From positions 57,040,001 through 57,104,000 of the forward strand of contig OX597821.1 in assembly GCA_951406725.2 (NCBI GenBank): a stretch of 64,000 nt of DNA. Direction: 5' to 3'. Positions 21,857 to 35,478 of this stretch are shown one piece after another (the stretch's first letter is position 1; every line of letters begins with the position of its first letter). The notes under the pieces are model-generated. The model worked only from the letters and a program-made list of their open reading frames with translations. It was not told where the DNA came from and did not search any database. Both the position numbers and the translations under genes were made by a program. The stretch comes from Octopus vulgaris. Taxonomy: Eukaryota.

Positions 21857-24800
21857 GTGAGTACGATTACAATTATGTTTATATATTAGTTATCCCATAT
21901 AAATTGTTTCGTTATTTGGCTGATGGATTGTTCTTTGTGTTTATCGCGTTTGCAACACATGTCTGGGGGTGGTATTTATCGTTAATGTCCTTCAGCTTTT
22001 AGCCATCGTTCAGCATTAACTTGGATTTAATGGTCCATAAACACAGAAACACCCTTTCTTTGAAGGACTCCGCTGCTATGAGGGAACCTCTACGTGGTTA
22101 CTCGACTTTCTAGAAATAGCGACCATCTCTCCCTCAAATCACAGTTTTTTTTTTTTTAAAAAAAAGGAAGGACACATTGAATATTAGGGAGAGGAACGAG
22201 ATGATCAGATTTTTTTAAAACACCTTTGACTAAAGGTTTACTTGATTGGAGTTGAATAACAACTTTTTCCTCTTAAACCATCACAAGACAACTGTCATAT
22301 AAACACGCACACGCGGTACAGATGCAATTGCTATTATTTTTTCTTATTAATACTGAACATAAAACCAGCTGTCATTATTTCTACTATGATTATTTTTATT
22401 ATTATTATGAATAAACTAATTAGCTAGCAAACTTCTTGGGCTAACTTCTCGCGCCTTATCGACGGACACACATTTTTGCTTTCGCTATATTTTTTTTCCT
22501 TCAGTTCTATCGACTTTGCTATTCACTGTTGCTGCTACTTATTTATGTTCACAACTCTTGTTCAATAATATAATTAATTTTGTAGACCGATAGTTGTTGT
22601 GTATCCGGGTGGGCGATCGTACACACACACACACCCACACCAATATAATTCTGTCATTTTTTTTTTCGTGAGGTGAAAAGAAAAACATTCAGTTTTCTTT
22701 TCTATTCACACACACACACACAGATTGAAAGAAAAATATTTAATATATGAAGGATAGTAAGTTACACCTTTTACTAGAGAGAAATTTGCACGTGTAACAA
22801 TCACTTAGTAAAGTTCCCATACCTTCTTTGCTCTTAAGAGGGTGTGTAACCATTGTATTTTTATGACAGCCATAGGAATAAAAATACTTCCCGTAGTCAT
22901 ATCTACCTTTCTCTCTGCGTGTACCTATTCTCTACTTATTACTCAATCTTTTCTCCCCCATCCCACCCATTTTCTTTGCGCATATATATATATATATATA
23001 TATGCCATATACACACACACACCTCTTTGTGCGCGCGTGTATGCGCCTGTTACTTGCTTTATACGCACCGACTTTCGTGGCACGTGTAAATCAAATATAC
23101 TTCATACCTAGAATTCGTTTTCTCAACTCACCTGTCTGTCTGACAGCCAGGTACATGTTTCTTAGTGAAAATCAAAACGTGGAACTTTTCTGTTTTTTCT
23201 TAATTTGTTACGGGATTTCGTATCACAAAAAATTTAGTTTATTTCATTGTTGGGGGATCCAGTCACTTGTGTGGTGACGGATTTATTTAACTGATTCTCT
23301 GATTTGACAAATAACAAGCCAAATAAATATTTGATAACTATAGAAGACTCCGTTTCTAATGCATTGTTGCTAATAACTGCGCCTTTTAACTGTTGCTGTA
23401 TTCTCGCACTTAAATGTCTTATCCCCGTCATAATACTGGGGGGTTCGTTATTTTGGTGGTCTATCGTGTTTGATATATCACCTGTGTGATATAGCTGTAA
23501 TTACCCGACTACAAACAATCACAAATGATTCTCCACGTAGAGCGGGTCTATTATATACATTTTAAACCTTCCTTCTCTGTCGACATGTTTCACTCTGTTG
23601 CTCATTGTTATAAACAGTCATTGTTATTGTTTTCTCTCTAATGTCATCGTGTTGACTAAATCATTGATTTAATAACACTGAGGGTTAAGCGACTTTCAAG
23701 AAGCCTTATCATTTCCCTTTCGTTACGCCAAAATCTCTTTAATTTTTACCCGTTGAAGATTAATTAGAATTTTAGCTATTTGGCATCCCCTTGATCATAA
23801 AAATAGTTTAATTTATCGAATTTAAGGTATTCTTTGCTGTTGTAATTTTATAGTCTCTCCTCTTTACATACTCACACCTCTCTCTCACTCGTCTCCTTAA
23901 ACCCGGATTTTAAGATTTAATTGTGTATATTTTTACGTGGTAATTTAATTAGTTTAAAGCACTTGGCTATTTTCGTTCTGTCGTTGGATGCATACAAGAA
24001 CAGTCTATTCCCAAAAGTACTTAAGCATTATTAATGAGCTGAATATTTTCACAGATGTAACTTTGTGTTTATCTGTTATTTAGATGTGTTTAGACGAATA
24101 AAACCGTACCTTATCGTTTCCTTGTCATTACTGGCGATAAGAAATTATTCAATAAGTCAGTTTTTACGTAAGGTTTGTCAGTCGCGCAACCGTTCGGTCT
24201 TAAGTTGGCAAAGCGTGCAAGCTTTCCCATTCATTAAATGTTATTAATTTTTCTTTCTAGTCATTTTGCTCGTGGTTATTTAACACATTGGTTGAAATTT
24301 GGTCACCAAAATGTGAATTTACTACACTTTAAAACATTTTTACCTTTTACAGATAAAAACAAAAAAATTAAATTAAGAACTAGTGAAGTGAAACATTAAC
24401 ATAAATAAGCGTATCAACAGCACTACCAACCAACCAATCTCTCGCCCTGTGTCCCACCAGGCTACATATTTTGGCCTACAACATATTGACACACTTCCAA
24501 AATACTATCCTTCAGCACATACAATATCCTAAAACAACACAAGGGACGGTACCTCTTGGCTAAGGTATGGTACCTTCTCCGTCCTCAAAACACCCGCACC
24601 AACACGTAACCAACGACACTGAAACATCTCGAGTGTCATGCTCTGTACTTCGCACTTCTAGCTTCCGTAACCATATGCCAAACGATTCCTTTCTCTCTTT
24701 TGACTACCCCCCCCCATTATCATTATCATCATCATCATCATCATCATTATCACATATTCGCACTTCAATAAGCCAAGCTAAACATTTAGGCAAAACTAAG

Positions 24801-25196
24801 AGGTTACAAAATAAATGAAACGCTTATCAGACTCACCAAATATTGCAATATAGAAAGTAAAAAAAAAAGGGGGAAAAGGGGGTAAATCACAAAGTAGCAT
24901 GAAAAATACAACACTAATTACACAACTGAAATTACCAACTTGAGGAAACTAAGGCCAACCGTGAATACAACACACCATTCCTTTATATGCAAGAGCAATA
25001 AAACTCTATCAAACTGAACAAAGAAATAACAGAGACAATAAATCAAATCAACCCAGAACCCTGGTGAACATTTGTACCAAGTACAAATCACAAAATAAGC
25101 AATAAAGCACTTTAGAATGTAATGGGCAGCATCAGTGGATCTAATGAGCTGCACTCCATATAATATACCCACACTCCAAAACTGAGCAAAGCCTCT

Positions 25197-25637
25197 GGAT
25201 CCTTTCGGTTTGAACGGCAGTTTTTTAAAATAATTTCCACGTAACTAAACACTTGTAAACTTCGTATACTGGTAGAATGTGTTTATAAAACATCTTTTTC
25301 TCTTGGCTTTATTGAGAAAATTCTATGGTTTGTAAGATATTTGTTGTTTTTTTTTTCTTCAATTTCTGCAATTTCAACCAATCAATGACGTCTATTGAGG
25401 TGAAAACATTCTGTGCCGTATGAATATGTCCCTCGTTTAAGAAACAGATTGGGTTTATTTACATTTGCGAAGAAAAAAAGATACCCTTCCCCCCACCTCT
25501 AACCCGAACCTTAATCTTAACTAACCCTAACCCTAAAACAGATTGAAATGCAATAGATCGATACTAGGGTCATAATTATGGGTGACAATTTCATATGACA
25601 CCGCTAGAAAAAACTGCCGTTCAAACCGAAAAGATTC
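25197..25637. mobile_element. MITE with about 29-bp TIRs and 8-bp TSD (Merlin-like)
   Basis: GGATCCTTTCGGTTTGAACGGCAGTTTTT ... AAAAACTGCCGTTCAAACCGAAAAGATTC; TSD AAGCCTCT at 25189-25196 and 25638-25645. Confidence 0.85.
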
Positions 25638-25654
25638 AAGCCTCTAACTGAATC

Positions 25655-25965
25655 GTCATCATCATCATTTGATGCTCGTTTTTCCATGCTGTCATGGGTT
25701 GAACGATTTGACAAGGAGCTGGAGAGCTGCACCAGGCTCCAATTATCTGTTTTAGCTTGGTTTCTATAGCGGTATGTCCTTCCTAATGCCAACTACTTTA
25801 CAAAGTGTATTGGGTGCTTTTTACATGGAACAGCACGGGACTTTTTTTACGTGGAACCAGTACAGGTGCTTTCTTATGTGGCACCAGCACGGGTGCTTTT
25901 TATGTGGCACCAGCACGGGAGCTTTTTATTTGGCACCGGCACGGGTGCTTTTTATGTGGTGTCAC
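25655..25965 (-). mobile_element. RTE-type tail with about 23-bp tandem array
   Basis: (ATC)n, conserved tail, and repeats of GGTGCTTTTTATGTGGCACCAGCACG. Confidence 0.75.
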
Positions 25966-26727
25966 AACTACCGAAGAACTTCAAACGATCAGAAACATGC
26001 AATATGCATCTTGACCCCCCTTTTTCCAGTTACTTACTTGAAAAGGGAGAACCTTAAACTCAAAATCCTTGGGCTTAATAAAATTACATAGATGGCGGTA
26101 TAGCTGTGTGTTAAGAAGTTTGGCTCCCAACATGGTTCCAGGTTTAGTCCCACTGTGTGCCACCTTAGGCAAGTGGTTTCTATTTACAAGGCTGACCAAA
26201 GGTTTGTAAATGGAGTTTGTTGATGGAAACTGAAAGAAGCCTGGCAAGTATGTACGTGTGTGTGTATGTGAGTGTTACACTTTCTTTGACATCACATGAT
26301 TGTTATAAACGAGTGTCATTGCTACGCCAGTGGCGTCTTTCATTTCCAGTCTGCCATAAAAACATGTTTGGTCATGGGGAAACGTAACTTCGCTTGGAAA
26401 CAGGTGAGGGTTGGTGACAGGGAGGGCATCCAGCCCACTCTGTAAGGTGGTCTCAGGTACATGGCTCATGTCATCAGCTGGCTTCTTGCTCTTTATTTAC
26501 CTCAAATTAGCGCTTGTTGATAGGATCTGAGATTAACCAGCACCGACTCCTCTAACTTCAAACAAACAGCACAAAAATAGTTGCAGCGTCAACAATTTCA
26601 TTGGCTCCAAACACTACTAGGATGAACATAACCAGAAATGAGTGCATCTGGTGTAGTAGTCTGTGACTGAGTGCAGAATCTTCAGGGATATCCTGGGTAC
26701 TAATATGGTAGAATTGTTAGCATGTCA

Positions 26728-27320
26728 TGAAGGTGTATGGCTCAGTGATTTGTGTTGGGCTCTCAATCATGAGGTAGTGAGTTCAATTCCCGGACTGGGA
26801 TGTGTGTTGTGGTCTTGAGCAAGATGCTTTATTTCACAGTGCTCCAGTTCACTCAGCTGCAGAAATGAGTTGCAACATCACTGGTGCCAAGCTGTATCGT
26901 CCTTTGGTTTTCTCTTTGATAACATCGGTGGTTCAGGGAGGGGAGGCTGGTATGCATGGGCGGCTGCTGGTCTTCCATAAACAATCTTGCCTGGACTTGT
27001 GTCTCAGAGGGGAACTTTTTAGGTGCAATCCCGTGGTCATTCATGGCCAAAGGGGTTCTTTACTCTTTGTGTAGATATATACACACTCAGCTGTAGAAAT
27101 GAGTTGTGATGTCACTGGTGCCAAAGTGTATTGGCCTTTGCCTTTCCCTTGGATAAATAACATCAGTGGTATAGAGAGGCAGTGGGAGTAGGGGGTGGCT
27201 GCTATACATGGGCGACTGCTGGCCTTCCACAAACAACCTTACTCAGACTTGTGCCTCGGAGAGGAACTTTCTAAGTACAATTCCATGAGCACTCATAACC
27301 AAAGGTGAGAGGGGGGGTTT
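26728..27320 (+). mobile_element. tRNA-derived SINE family 3 with tandemly duplicated 3' half
   Basis: Head GGCTCAGTG..GAGTTCAATTCC; body CACTCAGCTG.AGAAATGAGTTG at both 26850 and 27084; same family as 62122-62450. Confidence 0.85.
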
Positions 27321-28239
27321 ACATTTTTGTTAGCATGTCAGACAAAATGCATAGTGACGTTTCTTCTTTATTTTCTGAGTTCAAATTCTACTGCAGCCAG
27401 TATGATCTTTTATTCTATCAGGGTCATTAAAATAAGTAACAGTTGAATGCTGGGGGTCGATATAATCAACTAGCCCCTTTCCCGATAATTTCAGGCTTTA
27501 TGCCTATTGTAGAAAGAATTATTATTATGGTAAGGAACTGGTAAAACCAGCAGCATGTCAGGCAAGATGCTGAGTAAGCAAATTGCTTCCAGCACATATA
27601 TTTGCCATTTACAGTCTGGTACATATTCTATTGCTAATTTCTGCTGTAAGTGATGGGAACATAAACGAACCGACACATGTTGTCATGTGGTGGTGGAGTA
27701 CAAACATAAATACACCTACATTACATGTATGTGTGTGTAAGTATATATATATATATTTACGCACACACACACATTTACAGATGGTGGGCTTCCACACAGT
27801 TTCTGTTGGTACTGTACAGTGGACTGAATCGAAAAACTGTGGTTGCAAAACAAGCACTTTCGTCTCACCACACACACACACACATAATACACTTTGGAAT
27901 TAATATGGTTTATTGTGAATTCATTTCATATAATTAATTATATTATGGTAAATAGATTTTGTAATTTAATTACAAGGTAATGAAATTGCAAACCAATATA
28001 TTGTCAATATGTGAATCAACATATTGTCAATAAATTCATTATGTGAAATGCATTATTGGTTAATAGATCATCATACGTTTTATTCCCATAATAGATATAT
28101 TGTTAAGCATTATTTAAAGCTTTTATTTTGAAAAAGAAAAGAGATATACAAAAATTATAAACAATTTCATCCATTGACTTTGAAAATGAACAATCAAGAA
28201 ATTAAAGTAGTCGACGGTGTGGCCGGGTATTAAAAAACT

Positions 28240-28551
28240 TTGTAAGCCCAGTACTTATTCTAATGGTCTCTTTTGCCGAACCGCTAAGTTACAGGGACGT
28301 AAACACACCAGCATCGGTTGTCAAGCAATGCTAGAAGGACAAACACAGACACAAACATACACACACACATATATATATACATATATACGACAGGCTTCTT
28401 TCAGTTTTCGTCTACCAAATCCACTCACAAGGCTTTGGTCGGCCCGAGGCTATAGCAAAAGACACTTGCCCAAGATGCCACGCAGTGGGACTGAACCCAG
28501 AACTATGTGGCTGGTTAGCAAGCTACTTACCACACAGCCACTCCTGCGCCT
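28240..28551 (-). mobile_element. SINE family 1, 3'-truncated
   Basis: Reverse complement of the head (CAGCCACTCCTGCGCC) and body. Confidence 0.9.
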
Positions 28552-28594
28552 ATATATACACACACACACGCACACACACATATATACCATCCTC

Positions 28595-28968
28595 ATCATT
28601 GTTGTTTAATGTCTACTTTCCATTCTGACATGGGTTGGATGGTTTGACTGAGAACTGGCTAGCTGTGAAGCTGCACCAGGCTCCAATCTGATCTGGCAAA
28701 GTTTCTACAGTTGGATGTCCTTCCTAACACCTACCACTCTGAGAGTGTAGTGGGTGCTTTTTATATGTCACTGGCACGGGTGCCAGTTAGGCAGTACTGG
28801 CATCGTCCACACTCAAATGGTGCTTTTTATATGCCAGTCAGGTGGTACTGGCATTGACCAAACTCAAATGGTGCTTTTCACATGCAACCGGCACAGGTGT
28901 CATTTAGGCGGAACTGGCATTGGCTACGTTCAAATGGTGCTTTTTATGTGCCAATGGCACTGGCATCG
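28595..28968 (-). mobile_element. RTE-type tail with tandem units
   Basis: Reverse complement of the conserved tail. Confidence 0.8.
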
Positions 28969-29499
28969 GATAGTTCATCTATGTATTTGTGTCTGTTTGT
29001 CACCCCCATCACCGCTTGACAGCTAATGTTAGTGAGTTTACATCCCTGTAACCTAGCAGTTCAGAAAAAAGACTGATAGAATAAGTACCAGGCTTAAAAA
29101 AAACAAGTCCTGGTGTTGATTTGTTCAGCTAAAATCCTTCAAGGCGCGAATCCAGCATGGCCACAGTCAAATGACTGAAACAAGTAAGAGAATAAAAGAA
29201 TATATCTCAGATATGTGTGTGTAAAGTGTTGTGAGAATGCTGTGTATTGTCTGTACTGAATTTATCATTTAAGAGGCATTGCGAATAATTTGTCTCTTTC
29301 AAGTGTTTCTTCCTTCCTGAAATTTGAAGTTCTGTTCTCTTTATACTGTATTGTTTATGTTTTTTATTTTGCGGTTCTGTTTAAATGTAGCTTTTGTTCT
29401 ATTTTTGAATGTGTGTGTGTGTGTGTGTGTGTCTCAAACCGCCCAACCCATGCCAGCCTGGAAAACAAACATTAGACGATGTTAATTATGAAGATATAT

Positions 29500-29731
29500 A
29501 AGGCGGCGAGCTGGCAGAAAAGTTAGCATGCCGGGTGAAATGCGTTGCCGTATTTCGTCTGTCGTTACGTTCTGAGTTCAAATTCCGCCGAGGTCGACTT
29601 TGCCTTTCATCCTTTCGGGGTCGATAAATAAAGTACCAGTTACGCACTGGGGTCAATGTAATCGACTTAATCCGTGTGTCTGTCCTTGTTTGTCCCCTCT
29701 ATGTTTAGCCGCTTGTGGGCAGTAAAGAAAT
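29500..29731 (+). mobile_element. SINE family 2 (central GCCTTTCATCCTTTCGGGGTCGATAAA domain, Meta-SINE-like)
   Basis: Near-identical to 53953-54186; CpG-rich, so probably young. Confidence 0.85.
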
Positions 29732-29833
29732 ATATATACTTACATACATACATACATAATAACACATAGAAATAGAATATGACTTTACTGATGATATATT
29801 GCTATGCATTCTAAACAGCTTTGTGGTGATATA

Positions 29834-31000
29834 CAGGGTGTTCAAGCTAAATTTGTATAAATGAAAACAAATTCATAATTTTCCACCCAAAAATAAAAGT
29901 ATTAAAAAAAAAAATCTAAGATATGTCAATTAGATTGTATTTCGTTTTTGGATTTGGTTTGCGAGATTCTTTGTGAGTTTGTGTGTTGAAGCATATTCTG
30001 TTGTGTCTGGGGAGAATCGTTCTTTTTTAGTGCCTTATTATTTAACACACTCACCGGTAAAGTTTTCACTCATTTACTTATTTATTATTCTAAAATTTTC
30101 ATTGCATCTTGCAACCTTTGAAAAGGTTGAAAGACGCAATGAAAATTTTAGTAAATGGAAACTTTACCAATGAGTATGTTAAATTATAAGGCACTAAAAG
30201 AGAATGACTCTCCCCAGACACAACAGAATTAGATTATAGTTGGGAGACAACACTTTACTCAAAGTAGCTGCCTTCCACTACAGCCTCAAAACAGCTCTGC
30301 AACCTGTGTTTCTCACTGTGTCCCTTGGAAGCTCTTTGAACACCTCCTTGATCATTGCCCCTAGCTCAGCTTGGCATTGTAAACAAAGTGGTTGTTGTTT
30401 TACTCAACTGCCCCCACTCATAGGGATCTATAGAATTACAATTAGTGGGGATTAAGAGATTAGAAATTGGGGCTAGTGAAGGCATAGAAGTTCCCGACAA
30501 CCACGTCTGACTCTTTCCAGAGGTATGGCAAGGAGCCAGATCCTACTGCCACATGTATGGCTTTCCAGCGGCAACCTTCTCCAGTCAGGGTTTGACCACA
30601 ATCTTTAGCAACTTCACATAATTATCTGAATTGAGCCTAAGGCCCTGTTCAAAAGTGTGGGGTGGCATAATGTCCTCTCATTGGAGATGCCCAAATGTCA
30701 CATTGGGGAAACTTGGTTTCCATGATGTCCATGTCATGTATTAACTTTTACAGTGTTCTTAGAACCTTGAGCAGCCATTATGGTGTGGCCATTTTAACAC
30801 CTAGCATGAATCATCAAGATACAGGTAACTTTTTTCAAATATTCAGAAGGCTTCCACTCCTCCGTGTCAACTAACCTTTTCTCAGCTACAACTTAGATCT
30901 TTATGCTCTTCGATGCCATTGACTGTTTCCCAATACACCGAGCTGTTCCTGAAAAACGTGGACACAAAAAAAATTTATCAAATTTAGCTTGAACAACCTG
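29834..31000 (-). mobile_element. Tc1/mariner superfamily (maT/DD37D-like) transposon, internally deleted and decayed
   Basis: TIRs CAGGGTGTTCAAGCTAAATTTG (29834, after TA) and CAAATTTAGCTTGAACAACCTG (ending 31000). Minus translation MPPHTFEQGLRLNSDNYVKLLKIVVKP*LEKVAAGKPYMWQ*DLAPCHTS matches the catalytic QQDxAPxH region. Confidence 0.85.
29938..30232. mobile_element. Foldback family E nested in the maT-like element
   Basis: Arms are reverse complements around an axis at about 30120 (AACCTTTGAAAAGGTT); same sequence as 10470-11262. Confidence 0.85.
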
Positions 31001-31039
31001 TGTTTACCATGTTGTTGCTTGTGATGAATTTATTTGACA

Positions 31040-31700
31040 TCATTAAAATATTAGGTATGCAATGGTCATTAGCAAAACTTTTGCAATTGGAGTAATCTCA
31101 GCTATGAGAATTAGATCATTAGTATATAGGAATTCCCTTGGGCAGCACGTTTTAACCCTTTAGCATTTAGACCGACCATATATGACGTAAATATTTTGCT
31201 TGTTTTATTTTCCAGCCAACCAGATCCTGTGTCTCACACCTACCCTACACTGTTACTCTAAAAATAAAGAATCACATCATTGAAATCTCAAAGCAACGAG
31301 ATAAGGCATGATTAATTGAAAGCAGTGTGAATAAATAAACATTACATTTGACAAAGTAACCCAAACACTGAACAGTTTTAAACGTCTCAGTCAGTGATGG
31401 CTTATAAGACTATGGATGAACAAGAGAGAATAAAAACTGAATCTTATGGACTCCTGCCTTCACACTAAATTTTTCACTGAAATTGTTGTTGACTCTCACT
31501 TCATTATTTTGGGTAAATTACTTTGTGTAGGGAACTTTTGTGTTCAGAATTCCTGAAGGCATGTAGAGCCAAGATGAAAATAGCCTGCATCTCTAATCCA
31601 TTTTAAGAGGTCTGACTCACCAGTTAGTCCTTAATAATTAAGGCTTGTTCTAATATAGACTGTAAGGCTGCTGATAACAAAGAGTTATTTCAAGCGATCC
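31040..31700 (-). mobile_element. Old RTE RT relic interrupted by a TTAA MITE (31152-31382)
   Basis: Minus translation CPREFLYTNDLILIAE resembles the RT YADD motif; the MITE begins TTAACCCTTTAGCATT. Confidence 0.55.
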
Positions 31701-32375
31701 AACAATGATGTAACTCTTTACATCCAACGTCTGCCAGTTAACCTTTTGTAATAACAGTTCTTTTACCATTTTTTTTGTATATACATACTTCCTAATACAA
31801 ATTTATATTTACCTCCCTCCTTTCACACCCCTCTCAAACAGCTTGTAAAATATATCTCTTGAAACAAACACTCCCTGTTGCTGACAGTAACACTAAAGAG
31901 GATAATTATTTGGCGTAGCATCTGGTCCAGCAGCTGTTGACTTAACGCAAGAAAAAAACGAAGAATGGTTTGATTTTGATTTTGGTAAATACCACAGCAT
32001 ATAGCTCATCCTAGAGTGTACTTGCTGTGAATAACTTACTTACAAAGGTACACACCCTTTCATAAATTCTTTATCTTTCCAATTAAGATCTACTTCCAAC
32101 AATTCTAAATTGTTAAGGAAAAGACCTTGGAAAATAAACAAAGGAAAATAATTTCAAATGCAACAGCTGTGGTATTAGTCATTATCAAAACTGGAAAATA
32201 TCTTTTGACATTTTAACTGTAAGTAATCCGGATGTCACCTGAGGATTAAAAATAGAATAAAAACCAAAGCAGACCCTATCTAGCGGCAGCAGCAGCAACA
32301 ATAATAATGGTTTCTGATTTCATTACACGACTAGCAGTTTTGAGGGAGTAGGGGAAGATTTGTTAATACCTTTAA

Positions 32376-32821
32376 CCCTTTCGTTACCGTATTTATTTTG
32401 AGATGTTCTGTGTTTCTTTCAATTATTTTAGATGTAACAAAGAATTTAGTAAAATAACTTCATTATCATTAAGCTAGTGTTAGGAACATAAATTGTGACT
32501 AAGGTTTGCTGGAAGATTTTAATTCAAAATTTATGAAAACAAGACATTTGTACTACAGAGCCAGAGCCGGTTTCAGCCGGGTTGGTAACGAAAGGGTTAA
32601 CCCTTTCATTACCGTATTTATTTTGAGATGTTCTGTGTTTCTTTCAATTATTTTAAATATGACAAATTATTTAGTAAAATAACTTAGTTACCATTCAGCT
32701 AGTGTTAGGAACATAAATTGTGACTAAGGTTTGGTGGAAGATTTTAATTCAAAACTTAAGAAAACAAGACATTTGTACTACAGAGCCAGAGGCGGTTTCG
32801 GCCGGGTTGGTAATGAAAGGG
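32376..32821 (+). mobile_element. Two tandem piggyBac-like MITEs (32376-32596 and 32601-32821) sharing one TTAA
   Basis: TTAA-CCCTTTCGTTACC...GGTAACGAAAGGG-TTAA-CCCTTTCATTACC...GGTAATGAAAGGG-TTAA. Confidence 0.9.
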
Positions 32822-32844
32822 TTAAGCCCAAGTACTTGATGATG

Positions 32845-33300
32845 ATGATAACCCTTTCTACTGTAGTTTCAAGGCCTGAAACTTTGGGGGAGGGGACTAG
32901 TTGATTACATCGACCCCAGTGTGTAACTGGTACTTATTTCATTGATCCCAAAAGGATGAAAGGTAAAGTTGACCCCAGTGGAATTTGAACTCAGAACATA
33001 AGGACAGACAAAATGCTGCTAAGCATTTTGTCCATTATGCTAATGATTCTGCCAGCTCATCACCTTAATAATAATAATAATAATAATAATAGTCCTTTCT
33101 ATTATAGGCACAAGGCCTGAAACTTTGGGAGAGGGAGGCTAGTTGATTACATTGACCCCAGTACGTAACTGGTACTTATTTCATTGACCCCCGAAAGGAT
33201 GAAAGGCAAAATTTGAACTCGGAACGCAAAGAATGACGAATTACTGCTAAGCTTTTTGCCTGGCATGCTAAAGATTCTACCAGCTCACTACCTTGATAAT
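32845..33300 (-). mobile_element. Two tandem SINE family 2 copies
   Basis: Both are reverse complements of the family 2 body, separated by (AAT)n. Confidence 0.85.
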
Positions 33301-33306
33301 AATGAT

Positions 33307-33440
33307 ATTACATTTGACGGATATTTGTCTTCATCTTGTTTGTTGTTAGCACAATGTTTCAGCTGATATACCCTTCATCCTTCATCAGGTGTGTTGGGGA
33401 AATTTCAAACCTGGGTTCTCATTCCTAAGGTATTTTTCGA

Positions 33441-33487
<47 letters not shown>

Positions 33488-33781
33488 GTATCAGTATTAT
33501 TTATTCAGGTCACTGCCTGGAATCAAACTTGGAATCTTGAGATTAGTAGTGTGCCCATGGGCATATGGCATAGTGGTTAAGAGCGCGGGCTACTAACCCC
33601 AAGATTCTGAGTTTGATTCCAGGCAGTGACCTGAATAATAATAATAATAATAATAATATCAAAAAATACCTTAGGAATTTCCTCCAAGACACCTGATGAA
33701 GGCTGGAGGGTATATCAGCCAAAATGTTGTGTTAACAACAATCATGATGAGGACATATCTGTCAAATGTGAATAATGTACC
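33307..33781. mobile_element. Foldback family C (tRNA-like head, (AAT)n, hammerhead)
   Basis: Axis TGCCCATGGGCA near 33557; complete tRNA-like head on + at 33558-33631; hammerhead motifs at 33348-33393 (-) and 33688-33733 (+). Confidence 0.9.
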
Positions 33782-33879
33782 AAATGACCTGGTTCAGAAA
33801 AAGTTTTCCTCCAAGCTGCCATACTGCAAAAACTAGTTTTTGTAAATATCAGTACAGACATGACTGTATAGTTAAGATT

Positions 33880-34276
33880 CTTTTATCCTTTTACTTATTT
33901 CAGTTGTTTGACTGTGGCCATGCTGGAGCACTGCCTTTAGTCGAACAAATTGACCCCAGGACTTATTCTTTGTAAACCTAGTACTTATTCTATCTGTCTC
34001 TTCTGCTGAACCGCTAAGTTACGGGGACGTAAACACACCAACATCAGTTGTCAAGCGATTGTGGGTGGTGGACAAACGCAGACACATAAATATACACTCA
34101 CACACATATGTATATATGACGGGCTTCTTTCAGTCTCCGTCTACCAAATCCACTCAAAAGGTTTTGGTCGGCCCAAGGCTATAGTAGAAGACACTTGCCC
34201 AAGGTGCCACGCAGTGGAACTGAACCCAGAACCATGTGGTTGGTAAGCAGGCTAATTACCACACAGCCACTCCTGT
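33880..34276 (-). mobile_element. SINE family 1
   Basis: Full-length reverse copy. Confidence 0.9.
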
Positions 34277-34639
34277 TTACTTTTCATTTACATCGATGGT
34301 TCTCAACCATTTTTTACCTGTGGATCCCTTTGATTTTTTTTCATTCAGGTGCTCCCCCATCAATCCCTAGCCATTGGATGCATAAAAAATCCTGTTATAT
34401 TTTTATATTCTTTTCTATTCTAGGCACAAGGCCTATAATTTTGGGGGTGGGGCCAGTCGAGTAGATTGTCCTCAGTATGCAACTGGTACTTAATTTATCG
34501 ACCCCAAAAAGATGAAAAGGCAAAGTCGACCTCAGCGGAATTTGAACTCAGAATGTCAAAGACAAAATACCACTAAGTGGTTTGCCATCATGTTAATGAT
34601 TCTGCCAGTTTGCCGCCTTGTTATATTTTTATATTTTAT

Positions 34640-35478
34640 AAGAGTGAAAGGCAGACTGTATGATGCCTGTGTGTGAACAGCTATGCTATATGGCAGTGGT
34701 ATATGGGATGTGACAGCTGAAGACAAGTGTAGGCTTGAAAGAAATGAAGGCAGTATGCTTTTTTGGATGTGCAATATTAGTGTGCATGTTCGACAGAGTG
34801 TAAGCATGTTTAGAGATAAGTTAGGCATAAGAGGAATCAGATGTGGTGTGCAAGAGAGACAACTGTGCTGGTATAGTCATGTGATGTATATGGACGAGGA
34901 CAGCTGTATAAAGAAGTGCTGTTCTTTAACTGTGGAGGGAACCTGTGGAAGAGGTAAACCCAGGAAGATATGGGACAAGATGGTGAAGCATGATCTTCAA
35001 ATTTTGGGTCACACTAAGGCAATGACTAGTGACCGAGACTTTTGGCGCTTTGCTGTGCTTGAGAAGACCCAGCAAGCCAAGTGAAATCATAGTCCTGGCT
35101 GATGCTGGTGTCATGTAACTGGAACATAAAAAGTACCTTTTGAGCATTGGGCCTCACAGAGGTAAAGTGGCCGGTGGTATGTGAAAAGCATCTTTTGAGT
35201 TGTTGGGCCTCATGAAGGCAATGAGGAATAACTGAGACCTTTGGCATTATGTCATGCTTGAGAAGACTCATCAAGCCAAGTAAAATTGCAGTCATGGCAG
35301 ATACTGGTGTCTCGCAAATGGCACCCGTGCTGGTGGCACATAAAAGCACCCATTACACTCTTGGAGTGGTTGGCATTAGGAAGGGCATCCAGTTGAAGAA
35401 ACCATGCCAAATCAGACTGGAGTCTGGTGCAGCCTTCCAACTTACCAGCCTCAATCAAACCGTCCAACCCATGCCAGG
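34640..35478 (+). mobile_element. RTE LINE 3' end: ORF C-terminus (to 35084) and 3' UTR
   Basis: MLYGSGIWDVTAEDKCRLERNEGSMLFWMC..RQLCWYSHV..GRGKPRKIW is the RTE C-terminal region; it runs into the shared tail. Confidence 0.92.

Noticed and set aside
33558-33631. Functional tRNA gene (ACT anticodon)
   Set aside because: Acceptor and T stems are mismatched and it is embedded in a repeat; treated as a tRNA-derived head.
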